Source: the human T2T-CHM13v2.0 reference genome, Homo sapiens. Taken from it: DNA of 64,000 nucleotides. How positions within the stretch are numbered: position 1 is the first letter of the stretch; the number at the start of each line of letters is the position of its first letter. The position numbers were made by a program, and so were the translations under genes. Positions 43,313 to 57,489 of this stretch are shown here, piece after piece. The stretch lies in the NCBI RefSeq assembly GCF_009914755.1, contig NC_060926.1, one strand, 5' to 3'. The notes below the pieces were generated by a model. That model did no database searches, was not told where the DNA came from, and saw only the letters and a program-made list of their open reading frames with translations.

Positions 43313-43789
43313 TACACTGGATTGTCTATGTAGAAGTGTAGCAGTTTACATTTCACCTGCATTTCAAATGGATATTTTTGTCCAAATGGTTATACTAATA
43401 GGAAAAGAAAACAACTTGAACATTTTCAATATGAAAAACAAATATGGTTTTGATTTTACCAAAATTCCTTTCCACACCCAAGAATCTGTTCAGTTCCATG
43501 CCGAATGTTTTGCATTATGAGATTTCCTAGGAGATTAATTGATCCACGACAGGGATCTACCTAGGAAAACTCTCCAACTGAATTATTCTTTTTGAGAGAC
43601 AAGCTACACATGTTTCATTCTAACATTAGGCAGGGGAAAAGCCCAGCCTCTTACTGCTTCTTAACTTATTCTTGTCTTTGTTTCCATGTGTCTTAGAAAG
43701 CACCACACAGATGAATAGGGTCTAGCTTTTGTGAGCAAAGGTGGCTACAGAGTGTTGCCTCATCCTTGGGCTATTGACTTGGGCAACCT

Positions 43790-44022
43790 AGGCTTCCCAG
43801 CTTAGGTACTGTTGATGTTTTGGGCCAGGTCATTTTTTGTTCTGGAGGCTGGCCCATGCATTATTGGATATTTGGCAGCATCCGTGGCCTCTACTCACTA
43901 GATGCCAGTAGAGCCTCCTCCTAAATTGTGACAATCGAAAATAACTCCAGACATTACTCCCAGGGTGAGAGATGGAGGTGGGATAGGGGAGGGAGGGCAA
44001 AATGAGATTTGAAAACCACTGC
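43790..44022. mobile_element. MER20 hAT-type DNA transposon
   Basis: actgttgatgttttgggccagg...gcagcatccgtggcctctactcactagatgccagtag...gtgacaatcgaaaat..ctccagacatt...gaaaaccactg. Confidence 0.85.
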
Positions 44023-44529
44023 CTTGATGGAATCAGTTAGGCTTATTATGTCTGTGTGAAATATGGGCATATTTGCATGCAATAATCAACAGGAACCTGA
44101 TTCCTAGAAGCAGCCAAAATCCATACCAAATGAGTGCTTCTCAGTCTGTGGATAAAGGAGTAAATACACTAATGTCAGATTTACTTTGAACACCTTTGAC
44201 ACTTTCGATCCTAAGACCCGGGATGATCATGTTTTGAGGACGCTCAAATAGTAGTTTAGTAGAGATACCTAAATGCTCATGGCTCAGAGTTTGCAAGAAA
44301 ACTGATAGTTCTCTTTGCGTTATACAAGGAGCTTCAGGTAATGGAAGACTTCCAGATGATAGTGTAGCTGCCTCCATTAGGCCGAAATGAGGAACTGGGC
44401 TAAGGGGAGCATGTTATGTATATATTTTAACAGCTTTCTACAGCAGCCTAGTTCAGGTGTCAGTGTTTGTGCAATCCTCTTATAAGTTCTGACAGAAGCA
44501 GTTCCTTAGAGCTTGGTGGTATCATGGAT

Positions 44530-45060
44530 ATATTTATTCATTGAATACATTCTTACTGAGTGCCACTATGTGTGTGCACAGTCTGTGCGTAGCCGTGGGG
44601 ATACAATGACGAATAAGACAAGCCCATTCTCTGCCCTTACAGAGCTAACGAAGGAGATGGCCAAACATGTAAGTAAAAGAAAGGATGATAAGGGATAGGG
44701 GAGCACATGTCAGGGCTACTGACTTCGTTTAATAGGGATGGGGGTTTGAACAAGGATCAGAGAAAGATGAATAGAAAATAGGCAAAGGAAGAATGTGTGG
44801 CATCAGGGAGGGTGAAGGACAGTGTGTTTGAGGCAGAGAGAATGGCACATGGAAAGGCTTGAAGGTCAGAAGAAGCAGGAGAGAAGAATGGCTGCAGAGC
44901 CGCGGAGGCCAAGGCAAGTCTTCTCAAGATTTTGCCCTTAACATGGCAGTAATGGGGAATTATTGTTGGTTTTTAAGGAGGGGGTGATAGGATCAGGTTT
45001 GTGTTTTAGAAATATTTATTCTGGCTGCAGTGTTAAGAATGGACAATTGGAGAGGGGTAA
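44530..45060 (-). mobile_element. L2 fragment
   Basis: ttattcattgaatacattcttactgagtgccactatgtg... and gatcaggtttgtgttttagaaat..ttctggctgcagtg. Confidence 0.7.
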
Positions 45061-45934
45061 GACTGAAAAGCACACAATACATATATCTCATTTCAGCACA
45101 GCATTGCAAAAAGCACATCCTTCCTTGACAATTAAAATAACAATTCAGACCCAGCAAAATTCTTCATATAAGCAATTTCCTTCTCAGTCTTGAGGTCAAT
45201 GTAAATATATATATGTAAATTCATGTTAGTAGTCATGAAGAAATGTTCTCCAGTACACTTACACTTACTGCCAACATTATTCCCTACTTCTTCTACACAA
45301 ATGGGAAAGCAATAATGTTCCTACTTCGGTGATTAAAAGTCAGGAACATTTAAAATCCTAGGACGTTTTGCTAACATGGTAGGAAGCAAGGCCCGCCAAG
45401 CAGAGCGCACAGGTAAGTGCAGGTCAGGTATGGACCTTTGGTTTCTTACACGCCTCCCCCAGGACACAGGAAGCTGCAGTGGAAAACTCAGGATGCCAGA
45501 GGTACCAGGTGAGCCCTGAGGATTATGAAAGCAAAGGAAATCAGGACCACAGGTGGTCAGCGCCCAAAACAGGGCCATCTGGCTACCGGGATCTCTGCCA
45601 CACAGCAGGGGAGACCACGGTGGCCTTTCATCATCCACTCCAGCCTGTGATTATGTACATGCTCTTCAGAGTATCCCCAGCCGCCCTTAGTCACCTCCTA
45701 CACTCAATATAACAGTGAACTTGAGGGCTTTTTAAAGTTAATTATCTATTTTTTAAAAAACAAACAGAGGCAGTGCAATAACAGGCACCCAATCCTACGA
45801 TCCTGAGGCCAGCCAATAGCCCCTTCCTCCAGCACAGGTCCCTGTACACAGAAAATGAACCCTCAACTGGGGGCAACCCATTGGAACAGTTACAGACTGC
45901 GCCCTGAAGGGTCCCCCAATCTAGATACATTCAA

Positions 45935-46130
45935 ATCTAGACTGTGCCACTAACTAGTTGTTTGATTTTGGGCAAGTTACTTAACCTATCTATACTTAGC
46001 TTTTGACAAAAGAGTGGGTGATAACAGCACTTTCCTCGTGGGATTGATTAAAGATTGAATGAGATAATGTAGATTTGATAAAGCTCTTCATGCCTGGCAC
46101 ATGCCAGGCATTCAGGGAACATTTATTATT
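45935..46130 (+). mobile_element. MIR
   Basis: ttgggcaagttacttaacct...gattgaatgagataatgtag...cctggcacat. Confidence 0.75.
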
Positions 46131-46186
46131 AAACTGCAGTATGAAAGTTTTAGGTTAGCAAAGGGGAAAGGTGTTGTCAAACATAA

Positions 46187-46660
<474 letters not shown>

Positions 46661-46964
46661 TGAGAGTGTTGCCTAGATGAATTCCACCGTCCATGATGCC
46701 ACACACAGAAGTGGATCAGGGCAGAGTCAGAATCGTATAATTCAAGAACTTCTAACCTTCAGCCTGGGCGAAGCTGGAACCAGCTCTGTAAATAAATAGC
46801 TCAGGACTCGAAAGTATAAACAACCTAAAATCAGTCCAATCAGGGAATGCAGAGTTCAGTACAGGGAAAAGTATATTTTTAACCTGAGAGACTGAAATTT
46901 GGGGGCTTCGATCTTGGCACTGACTGGCTCTGTGATCTATGATTTGGTACAAATCACTAAAAAG

Positions 46965-47180
46965 ATCCTGGAGCCAGACTCCCAGGATGTGGATCCGGTC
47001 ATTTCAGGAGCTCTGTGACCTTAGGCAAATTCCCCCGCCTTAGTTTTACTAACCTAAAAAATTGGGATGATAAGAAACCTACCTCATAAAATTATGTGAG
47101 GATTACCTAAATGAATACAGATGAAACACTTAGAAGGGTGTCCTCTATGGTAAGTGCTATGTAAGTTAGGTTATTGTTAC
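46965..47180 (+). mobile_element. MIR
   Basis: ctggagccagact...tgtgaccttaggcaa...gggatgataagaaacctacctcata...gtgaggatta. Confidence 0.75.
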
Positions 47181-49219
47181 TACTGTTAATATTAGAGGCT
47201 GAGCCTCACTCAGTTTATGGGAGTGATGCAGCCCTCATGTATGTTAGAGAACCAGCCTTCCGTGCAGTGGTCACTTAAGAGGGTCCTGCTGTTCACATTT
47301 AACCATGTAGTTCTCTTCTTTTAATTTAAACATGGATACTCTTGAGAGGAGTAAGATTTTGAACCAATCAAGAGTCAGGAAGTTCCCAGAAGATTTGGGA
47401 GTAAGAGAGTAGGTGTAAGAGGGTGTTCATAACTATCTTAGGATTAGATGTACTCAAAAGACTACCATAAAAATGAAAAGAGATAATACATGGAAGAATG
47501 CTTTTAAAAGGGGAGAAGAAAGCACTAATATTGTAAGTGGTAGTATTTTTAAGTGCTATTAAGGATGATTATTTATTTCTTAATTGGAAGTTCATGTCTA
47601 AATTCTGTACCTAGACTTTTCCAGACTGAAGACTTGGGCATATCTTGCTAAAAGATGGGGGCAGAATGTGTTCAGCACCGGTAGAGGGGGTAGGTTTAGC
47701 TGAGCCTCTGTGAGGGTTTTAGCAGAGCCTCTGTGGGGTTTCCTGTCCTTCCAGCTCCCACTGCAGAACACTGTGTATGAGGAACACAGCCAGAAGGACT
47801 GGTGGCCTGAGGCTTTGGTCCCTGAACTGTGACCAGGTCCCCCTAGAACACAGCTTTCCCTGCCAAGTTAATCTTAAATAACTTTGGTGGTCAGGGAGAT
47901 AACCTTAGGGAAAATCTCCTGTGACCTTTTACAGACTCTGTCTCCCTTTTCCAATCAAATCAGGATTATTTAGAATCGGTGGATTCCTTTGAATTCCTAA
48001 ATAAGCATGGAGGTCAGGAGCTTGTGATTTCAGGCTAATTGTCACTGTTCTGGTTTATTTGGCAAAGTGGGAAGCAAACATTCACCAGAGCTGGGAGAAA
48101 AAAGCATGCAAGAATTGGAATGAAGAGATGCACTGGGCTGCTTCTGGACAAGCTGTCTGTCTAGGCAAGAGTCAGCAAAGGCAAGAAGAGACCATTTCCT
48201 TCTCCATTTCTCTTGGTTTCCTGGCTCTTCCCAAATGTCCAGGGGATCCTGAAGGGGGTGAAGGGTGGGGGTGGTAGGGGAAGTGTGTGCCTTGTGCCTT
48301 CTAAGGCAACCATGTTGGCCAAAAGAATCAAGCCATGACAATGGCCATTGTGAAGACCCCGCAGCTTTCTGAGCAGAGAACACAGCGAAAGAGCTGTGTG
48401 GTTCCTGTCTCAGAGCATAGCTTTCCTTTCTCTAAGGCAATGGTCTCCAAACTTTTCTTCAAGAATTCCTATCAGTAAAGTAAAAATAAAATTGAGGACA
48501 TACTATGCATATATACATATGTGCATATGTACTTTATGTGTGCTACTGAATTAATATATCATATGTGTTATAAAACACACAAAATAGAAACTAGGTAACT
48601 GAGATGAACTGATAGGTTTATATTTTCCTCCCTCTTCCCAGTGGATTGCCTTGCATCATGGCCAGGGTGTGTGCATTCAACTTTGGCAGTCTTGGCCTGA
48701 GTGACAGAATACTGGAAGGTCCTAATAAGCTTCTCCAATGAGCATAGGCAGTGATGGAACCAAACCATCAAAATGAGCTCTTCAAAGAAGAACCCAGGTT
48801 TTCCTCTTCAGCTGCATATGATCAATTCTAATTAAATGGTAAAGGAAAGAAGAATAGAAGGAAAGAATTCTTGAAAATCTGGTAACTAACATGGAAGCTG
48901 TGCTTTATATCAGGTTATGTGAGTAATCTTGATCTGTCTACAAGCTCAAAGTTTCTATCCAAATATATTTATCTGGATCCGAGGCAGGATCACTGCCAGG
49001 CTCTGTCACCTGCTCAGGAGAGTCACCTACCCAGTATACAAGGGGATAACCACAGGGCACACCGAAGCCATTGCAGAACTTCCCAAGCTTGGGTCAGGCC
49101 TCCTGACTCTACACACGCACGTGTACTCCACCCATTCCCAGCCTCCCAGCTTTCTTGACAAGTACCCAAGGAGGATGGTTCTTGTCAACTCATTGATAAG
49201 GTCATGGTATTGTGGAGCA

Positions 49220-49410
49220 GGAGCTAACCTGTGTTCTATTTTCAGCTCTCTTGTTAGCTGTGTGAGCTTGGGCAAGTGCCTCACCTTCTCTGAACCTGAG
49301 TTTTTGCATCTGTTTAGGCCATGATATTACCCTGCCTACCCCACAGTGTTATCACGAAATTCACATGAACACACATATGAAGGTGCTTTGCAAACACTGT
49401 ACAAGTGAAA
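49220..49410 (+). mobile_element. MIR
   Basis: tagctgtgtgagcttgggcaagtgcctcaccttctctgaacctgagtttttgcatctgt. Confidence 0.75.
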
Positions 49411-49689
49411 TTGTAAGGTATCCTGACTCATGTGCTAAGGCCTTTTCAAGGCACAAGGACAAATGTTTCCCAGGGATCCTATAGTTAGCCACTCTGAGGC
49501 ATTTTCCCTTAGGAGCCCAGCCCTGAGGGAAACTGGCTCATGGCAGATTTTTAATCCGAACCCAGAGCTCTGGAGGCTTTATAATCCTAAAGACTAAACC
49601 AGGTGAACAACAAAAACATCCATAAAGCAATTTGGGTAAATTTCCATGCTTCCAGGTAATGCCTAGGTTTCTAAGGGGTTGCATTTGTT

Positions 49690-50105
49690 TGTTCAGTCAT
49701 TCAAGAATTTATAGATCATCTTAACTCTGAGATAAAGTGAAAAAAAGAGCTCATGTTCCAGCAGATGAGAAAGACATGGAAACAGTCATTGCAAGACACT
49801 GACAGGAGCCACAAACCAGGTATGCATTACAATGGGCTTTGGAACACTGGGAGGCTTAAATAAATCGAGTTAAGTGACTTATGAAAGAATAGGAGTTCAG
49901 GCATGGCCAGCAGGGGCAAAAGACATTCAAGAAAGAGGAAAAGAAGTGCAGAGATCAGGAGTGGGGCTGAGGGGTAAGGAGGGGTAGAGAACAGCATGAT
50001 TTTCTGGGAACTGTAAGGGATTTAATAAGTCTTGAATGTAACATAAGGAAGAAGAGGGGTAGACAGTAAGCATAGAAAGTAAGCAGAAGCCAGATCATGG
50101 TGGAA
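49690..50105 (-). mobile_element. L2 fragment
   Basis: gttcagtcattcaagaatttat... followed by purine-rich sequence ending gcagaagccagatcatg. Confidence 0.5.
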
Positions 50106-52249
50106 GTGGGGTGGCAGCAGGTCTCCCAAGCCAGTAGAAAGTGGAAAAGGGCAGGTGCTCTGCCCTCAAACCCACCCCATTTTCCATAGGAGGACCAGGA
50201 AGATATCTGGGAAGAAGAGACGTACCTAAAAGAAATTTTTTTCTTGAAAAGCCATTTATGCCATGTACTGGGCAACATAAACTCCCTTTGTGCCTCCAAA
50301 AATCTTTAGAGAAATTTCAAAAAAGTTATGATGTGTGTGGTATAATTGCTTTTATTGTTATAGCTAGTTTAGAGGCTGAATTTTGTATTAAGGATAGCTC
50401 AGAATCAGCTCATGCTGATAAAGAGGGAACTGACCTCTGAGTTTTTAAATCATGCCCTGTAATGAATAGTTCATGTTCCTGACAAAGTAATCAAATTCAT
50501 TAACTAGCTTTAGTCCTAGTAGGAGCCCCTTTATTTCAGGAATTGACATCAAGCCTAATCTGTTCCAGGAGGAATGAATCTCCTCCATTGAGCATATGCT
50601 TACCAAGTGCCTATCACACTTACCATATACAGATATGAAGAAACCTCAGTAAGACTAAATTCTATATTGAGGGACTGTTCACCTTTTTTTGCCCACTCAG
50701 GATACCAGGCATCTAATAGGAAGGCTGGGCCCATTCAGTCCAGATTTATAACAACTCCTCAAGGAATCTGTGAAACCAACTGCAAGTACTTGTTGAGACT
50801 AAGCCAACATTCTTTGCAGTAAGAACCAGAGAAATTTTATTCTCTGTGCTTAACAACAAAGGACTTCAAGAATTGCTTCTGTCTCTCCTTCATGAGAAAA
50901 GTGGCTGGCAATCACTCTTAACCTGTCTAGTTGAAGGCATAGCTCTGGTCTGATCTAGGTCACCATTGGGCTTCCTGTGCTGTCATCTGCTGCCTCTTGC
51001 CGCAGATTCCTGGTGGTATGTCTCAGCCTTTGCATGAAACACAACCATGAAACACTAAGTGCCAATCATTTCCTATAAACTGCTTTGATTTCCTCCATGA
51101 AGCTCTTTTAAAAAATCTGGTATTGTGGTATTTATAGCTTCCTGTTTCTGCCACCTACATATTCTGATGGTTGTTGTGCTTTCTCTTTGGAGATAGATAA
51201 ACATTCACAGCACCAAAGGGAGTAAGGGCTTTGTACCTTTTTTCATGGAAAGAGTTAGTCATATTTAGATTGAAGTTATAGCTTAAAAAGGAGCCCTCGT
51301 TGTATAGAAACATGGATGCCATGACACCTCCAGTGCAATATTTTTAAGCCTCTCCCTGCCATTGGTCACTTACATAGTACTGTTAAATCACTCTGTGGAA
51401 TATTGTTTCTATCTTCTAGAAGCTCACAATCTATGTCAGAAGATTAGACATGCAAGTGTCTGTTGAAGTAGCTGGAGAGTGAGGCAGGAGGAGTGGAAGG
51501 ATGGCCAGCAGCATGGAACCCACAAGGGGAGATTTCACAGAGGAGCCTCAATGGTGTGGGGGGTCAGGAAGAAAAAGGACCAGACAGCTGTGAATTTTGT
51601 TTCCAGGACATAAATAGGGGATTTCTAGCAAATACACCCAGGTGAGTGTGTAGAACGGGCAGTCAGATGCAAGGGGTAAAGGAGGCGGAGAGGGAGCAAA
51701 GCCATCTAGAAAGATTGTTCCTTCAACATGTGCAGTGAAAGAAATCATGGCAAAGGGAAAGCCAGGATTAGGTTGTTTGGCAGGATGCTGCAGTAGGCAT
51801 ACTCAGGGGCTTCTGCTCTACCTGCTCTCCCTTCTCACAATCTACCCCTACCCACATGCCTGCTGAGTGGAAAGGGAATTGGTTATCCCAACGGTTATTC
51901 CAATCTCCTGGCCTTGGGTGATTGGACCAAGATGAGCACCTGATTTGAGGAGGGCCAACCTAAGTTTCCAATGACATGTCACCTGACTGACTGGCCTCAA
52001 AAAGATGAATATGGAACAATCAGATTCGTTCTCATAGGAAGCCCAAACCAAGAGGCACAGAGAGGAGATGCCCTTCAGGAATGGATCCTTGAGATGAAAA
52101 TCAAGTTGATGAGAATAAAGTGGCTGTTATCAGGTCGTGTGTATGCATAAGTCATGGGGAACCACAGGAAGTAGCTGGGAAAGAGAGAACAACAGATACA
52201 GGGAAGAAAGTGGAGAAGCCGGGAATGAGAAAGAGCGATCACCTCTAGC

Positions 52250-52440
52250 ATTTCCTGTATGCCAAGTGCTGCACTAAGTCCCTAAGTCCTTTACATTAAA
52301 TTACCTTATTTATTTCTCATAGCAATCTTATGACATGGATGCTATGATTATCCTCATTTTACAGATAAGAAACCAAGGCATAAACATAGTGTGCCCAAAA
52401 TGACTCTTGGGAAAGCCATGATGTATACTAAATAGACTGG
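52250..52440 (-). mobile_element. MIR
   Basis: tgccaagtgctgcactaag...attatcctcattttacagataagaaaccaaggc. Confidence 0.75.
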
Positions 52441-53084
52441 CTCCCTATTTAGTTTTTTTTTTTTTTAGTTTTATAAGTGCTTGCTTGTAGCCACCATGAA
52501 TTACCACCTCTCAAAAGGGAGATGAGATAGAAGTGATCCCTGAAGCCATCTGACACCCAACCCTTCCTAAACTCAGGTACTTAGAGTTATTGGATTTTCC
52601 AGAGATCACCTGACCTCATGATCCTGAATGGGTTTCAGTTCCTGGCAACCAAAAGAACCCTAACCCAACTGGATAAGGAAATTGAGCATTCTGGGTGGGA
52701 GAGAATGATGTTATACAAGGGAGTGTTGATGATGCTGACCCACCTATGAGGAAGCACAAAGCGATGGGATGCATGGATATGGAGAGATTTTTCTTCTCTG
52801 TTAGCCAAGACTATCCAGCTTAGTTTTACCATCCGGCACCCACAGCACCACATGGTAAGTCAACTAGATAACCAAACCCACAGGGAGTGGCACATAACCC
52901 AGCAGCCGTGCCCTTCCAGCTGGCTCTGCCACCAGTGCAAGGTGAGGTTGGTCCTGTTATGTCTCCTCCCTTCCAAGCCTTCATTTATCTGTCAATAGAA
53001 AGGGGATGATGACAAAAGATGGAGAGAATTTGACTTGCTAGGACTCTGGGGGAGGCTGGGGAAATGCAGATTACCATGATGGGG

Positions 53085-53525
53085 CTGCCCCCGGGGGCAG
53101 CCAGACCCAGGTTTTCCAGAGATGGTCTCACAGAGGGAGATTGGCATGCAAGAAGTTTACCAGGGAAGGTTCTCAGGGTCAGCACTTGTGAGCGTAGAGA
53201 GGCAACAGGACATTGAGCAGAGGGGGAAGTGGCAGCACAGTCATCAGCCAGTTCCATGGGAAACTGGAACTGGGGTGGCCTTTCACATTGCCCCAAAGGG
53301 AGGCATAAGGGCTACGCTTTGTACCCCACCTCCCATGGAGAAGTCACTGGGTGTAGGATGCCCTGTTGGTGAGGCAGCTCCCTTCAGTCTGGGGCAGTTC
53401 CTGGGGAAGGGCTCAGCTGTGAGAGCTTCTGGGGGCAACATCCCATGCAGATAGAAGATGGTCTCCTCGGTCCTGAAGGGGAGCTGAGCAGGGCAGCACA
53501 CCATCAGCTGCACACAAGAGCTGGG
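53085..53525. mobile_element. Old LTR remnant (ERVL/MaLR type; subfamily uncertain)
   Basis: gagattggcatgcaagaagtttaccaggg...tggaactggggtggcctttcacattgcccc...ggcagttcctggggaagggctcagctgtgag resembles ERVL/MaLR LTRs. Confidence 0.5.
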
Positions 53526-54044
53526 CCACACTTCCCAGGGGCCAAATAAACAGGGGAGCCCCAGCTCTGGGGAAGATGAAGGGCTGAGGGTCAGGAGGAG
53601 GTCGCAGAAGGCTGTTGCACGTGGAAACCATCCGGAAGTTAAGTGACCAGGGAAAATGCTGCTTGTGAGTGTGTGGAGACTGTAAAAGGATGGACTTCTG
53701 TAGCTGGTCTGAGGCCAGCAGGCCTGAGGAACTTAGCAAGGAGTCAGAGAGAAGCTGGTGACAAAAAAGTAGGAAATTGTAGGAAGGCTGTAGAATTAAG
53801 AGTTTGGGCCAAGTTAACCTAAACCATTTGTGTCATATTAGAGAAGGGTACTTTTCCCAGCACTCAGCTGGGTTTTGAGGATTTCGGACCTTAAAGAGCA
53901 GAATACATCTATTCCCAGGCCATGCCAGGGGCTGTTGAAAGAGGTCCTGAGAACTGTGCCAGGCCTGATTCAGGTAACAGGAAGAGATGTGGGAGAGGAT
54001 AAGCCTCCGACCAAAACAGCTTCACTTCAGAGAGTTAAGGGAGT

Positions 54045-54242
54045 TTTATAGACTGAATCATGTCCTCCCCAGAGTCATACACTGAAGCCCTAATTCTAGC
54101 ATGACCATCTGCAAGCCAAGGAGAGAGGCCTCAGGAGAAACCAACCCCGATGACACCTTGATCTTGGAATTCCAGCGTCCAGAACTGTTGTTTAAGCGCC
54201 TCCAGTCTGTGGGATTTTGCTATGGCAGCCTAAGCTAAGACA
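54045..54242 (+). mobile_element. MLT1 LTR, internally deleted
   Basis: gactgaatcatgtcctcccc...catctgcaagccaaggagagaggcctcaggagaaaccaaccc...accttgatcttggaattccagc...tatggcagcc. Confidence 0.8.
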
Positions 54243-55366
54243 GGGAGACAGGCCACCCACCAGCTGAGAAGGTGGGTGCCAGAAGCAAAGCCAACCCGTG
54301 TGTCCTCACCTCGCTCTCCCTGCTCTTTCCTGATCCACAGTCTCTGACTCTGGAGGGGACTGCTCAGTGGCCAGCAGATGCCTGGCAGAGGCACATCTTC
54401 CCCACTACATGTGAACCCTGGACCTATGTAAAATGCCAGAAATCAGGAGCTCCCGGGTTACTTTGCACATCTGCAAGCACCAACTTCTGGTCCGGCTGCA
54501 TGCACTTGACTCGGAGGGAAAGGAGCAGCTTCACACATGGGTCTCCTCGTCCCCCGCTGCTGGCCTGGCTATCGCCAATGTCACTGACCTGAATTCAGTT
54601 TTCAAAGGAAATGTGTTTCATGGTGATTCTTTTGGTTCCAGTTCAGAACTTGGATAAAAAATATGCTCCAATTTAAGAAAAATAGTCAATTCGCAAATCA
54701 AAACTGAAATCTAGAAAGGTGAAAGAGTTGACTCTCTGGGCCTCCTTATCTGAAAAATGAGGCAGTTGCACTAGATTTGTAGGTTTTCTTTAAAAGTTTT
54801 TTTTTTTAACCACAAGAAAACTTTCTTCAAAAGAAATGTTACCAGGAAGCAGAAACAAAAGAGGGGCATAAGGGTTGAGCTGCTTGATCAAAAGGGGAGA
54901 GAAAGGTTGAGTTCCAGAATCCTGCCCTCCAAGGCACGGCTTTGCAAAGCAGAGTCTAAAAGGCATTTTACTCTCATTGCCTACATGCTCCTCCAGCCTC
55001 CTGTCTGAGGATCCATGAAGAGTCAGTATTCCCACACACCCGGTTGTAAACCCACCAGGCACCTCGGAACCAGTCACTGAGAACATGGGCCATGCAAAGA
55101 AGGGAGCACGTACAGGGCTCAGCAGGGGCGAGCAAGCCTGGGTCCAGGTGAGCTTCTTTAGCTCCTTCTCCCAGATTCTCCATCCAGGAGCCAACACTGA
55201 CCACAGGGAGAGGGAGGGCTGGGTGGGGAGAGAGCCAGGGGAGGTGGGCCTACTGAAATTCCTCCACATAAAAACAAGAGGTGTGGCTCCAAAGTGGCAC
55301 ATCTTGTCACAAAGAAGGTGGAAGCAGCAGATGAGAATTCGCTCACCTCCCAAGGCCAAAACCACT

Positions 55367-55780
55367 TGGAATAAAGAAAATGTGGTACCTACACACCATG
55401 GAATATACTATGCAACCATAAAAAAGAATGAGATCATGTCCTTTGCAGGGACATGGATGAAGCTGGAAGCCATCAACCTCAGCAAAATAACACAGGAACA
55501 GAAAACCAAAGACTGCATGTTGCCACTCATAAGTAGGAGCTGAACAATGAGAACACATGGACACAGGGAGGGGAACAACACATACCGGGGCCTGTTAGGG
55601 GGGCGTGGCAAGGGGAGGGAGAGCATCAGGACAAATAGCTAATGCACACTAGCTTAATACCTAGGTGACCGATTGATAGATGCAGGAAACAACCGTGGCA
55701 CACATTTACCTATGTAACAAACCTGCACATTCTGCACATGTATCCCAGAACTTAAAGTAAAATAAAATTAAAAAAAAAAA
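55367..55780 (+). mobile_element. 5'-truncated L1PA (ORF2 end, 3' UTR, poly-A)
   Basis: ataaagaaaatgtgg...gagatcatgtcctttgcagggacatggatgaagctgga...aacctgcacattctgcacatgtatcccagaacttaaagt plus A tail. TSD aaaaccact on both sides. Confidence 0.93.
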
Positions 55781-56339
55781 ACCACTGGGAGACTCTCCCC
55801 AGGGCCACCTCTCCCGTGCACCTTCAGCCTCTCCTTCTCTACCAACCTCTTGCGACCATCAGGCAAATGTGTCTCTCCTCGTGAAAGATCAAACAAAACT
55901 CGATAAAAAGACCTTCAACCCCTTGTTCTCCTCCTTGCTGACAGCTTTTTGAAAGTGCCTGTAATTGTCTCCATCTCCTCATCTTGTATTCACTTTCTAA
56001 GTGTTCTTTTCTGCATGTGCATGTCTTGATTCCTTGCTCTTTTCTGGATTTGCATTGCCAATTCCCTGTCAATCACTTATTTTTGTGAATGGGTCACTAG
56101 TGCAGAGGTCGTGACCTTGGGCTTGTGTCTTTGCAGGGAGAAGTTGAGACATCCCCCAGGCTTGCGCAGTGCCCCTCCATTGAAACCAAGCACACTAAAC
56201 TCACTGCCAGCCTTCTTGGTGGGTCCATTAGCGCTCATCTCCCGTTCCCTCTGCCGCACCAGAACCTCAACTCCAGTTGCTCACCAGCTGCCCCTTAAAG
56301 GCACCCCTCACTGGCCACTGCCCTGTCAGTGAAGAGTAG

Positions 56340-57400
56340 CTGCCTCCACTAGAAGGCCTCCCACTCCCTTTCCCCTAAGCCAATGACTGCCTCCCTAACA
56401 TCTCTCAATTCTCTCCATTCCCACTGCCGTTGTCCAGTTGAGACCACCATCACCTTCAATCTGCATCACTGCTGATGCAGTCGTGACTTCTGAACTAGGC
56501 TCTCGGCTCTGGTTCCCTCCTCTCTAATTAAGAATCCACATTGCCACCAGAGCAAGTAACAGACCTGTCAAATCTGTTACTCTGCTGAGTAAAACTCAAG
56601 GGATAAAATCTCAACTCCTGAGTGCAGCTTGAATTGTGTCCCCCCAAATTCATATGTTGAGTTCCTAACCCCCAATGTGACTGTTTTTAGACATGGGGCC
56701 TTTCAGGAGGGCATTAAGGTTAAACATGGTGAGATGGGTGGGTCCCAATCTGATAGGATGGGTGTCCTTATAAGAAGAGGGTGAGACGCCAACAGTGTGT
56801 TCTGCACAGAGGACACAGCAAGAAGGTGGCCCTTTGCAAACCAAGGAGTATGGCTTCAGGAAAAAACAACCCTACCAGTCCCTGAATCTTGGACTTTGAG
56901 CCTCCAGAGCTGTGGGAAAATAAATGTTGCTTAATTATGTTGTTATGCCACGTGGTCTGGTATTTTGTGAAGGTAGCTGAGCTTCCTGGGATGGAGACCT
57001 TTCGTATGCTTTGCCCCAGCTTCTCTCTCCACCCAGCTCTTGGGCCTGCGCCCTTTCATGCCCATGCTCCAGCCAGATGGAGCTGCAGGCACATCCTTCA
57101 ATGTGCCACACCTCCCTTAAATCATGCCCTCACCATTTCCTCCACGTGGATGTGTCCGCTGCGCTCGCCATCTCTACCACCTGGATGGCTTCCATACTCA
57201 TATTGGATGTGGGCTTAAGACAGCTGTCTAGAATTGTCATCTCCACTTCCTCATCCCACTTAACAGGTTTCTTTTACATGAATTAATGATCTATATTTTT
57301 TCTTAATTTTCACTGATGCTTCTTTACAGTTGTATCATTTATTCTTGTGTAACCTCTGTGCTTTGTATCCTCCTCCTTCAAACTCATGTTAAAACTTGCC
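56340..57400 (+). mobile_element. L2 fragment split by an MLT1 insertion
   Basis: Pyrimidine-rich L2-like ctctccattcccactgcc...ccacattgccaccagag...ggataaaatctcaactcct, resuming after ~56990. Confidence 0.55.
56625..56980 (+). mobile_element. MLT1 (MaLR) solo LTR
   Basis: tgaattgtgtccccccaaattcatatgttga...gtgtccttataagaagag...gaaaataaatgttg...gtattttgt. Confidence 0.85.
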
Positions 57401-57489
57401 TACTCCACACCATATGCCCAGACCAGGCAACTGACACCCACTGATGCTGGAGGACTTGCAAAGCTCCCTGGACTCCCTAACTCTGCTCT

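Larger units (their letters stand above)
39303..43335 (+). other. MBD5: MBD5 3' UTR (short form to ~39.83 kb, long form to ~43.33 kb)
   Basis: AT-rich, repeat-poor sequence after the stop codon with many TGTA motifs. It ends where interspersed repeats resume (~43.8 kb). The distal end is inferred. Confidence 0.65.

Noticed and set aside
54790-55365. 191-aa minus-strand ORF
   Set aside because: No recognisable domain or coding-like composition. It lies in GC-richer intergenic DNA where such ORFs arise by chance.
55085-55543. 152-aa ORF ending IYYATIKKNEIMSFAGTWMKLE...
   Set aside because: The C-terminal part is the decayed ORF2 end of a truncated L1PA, joined by chance to upstream unique sequence.
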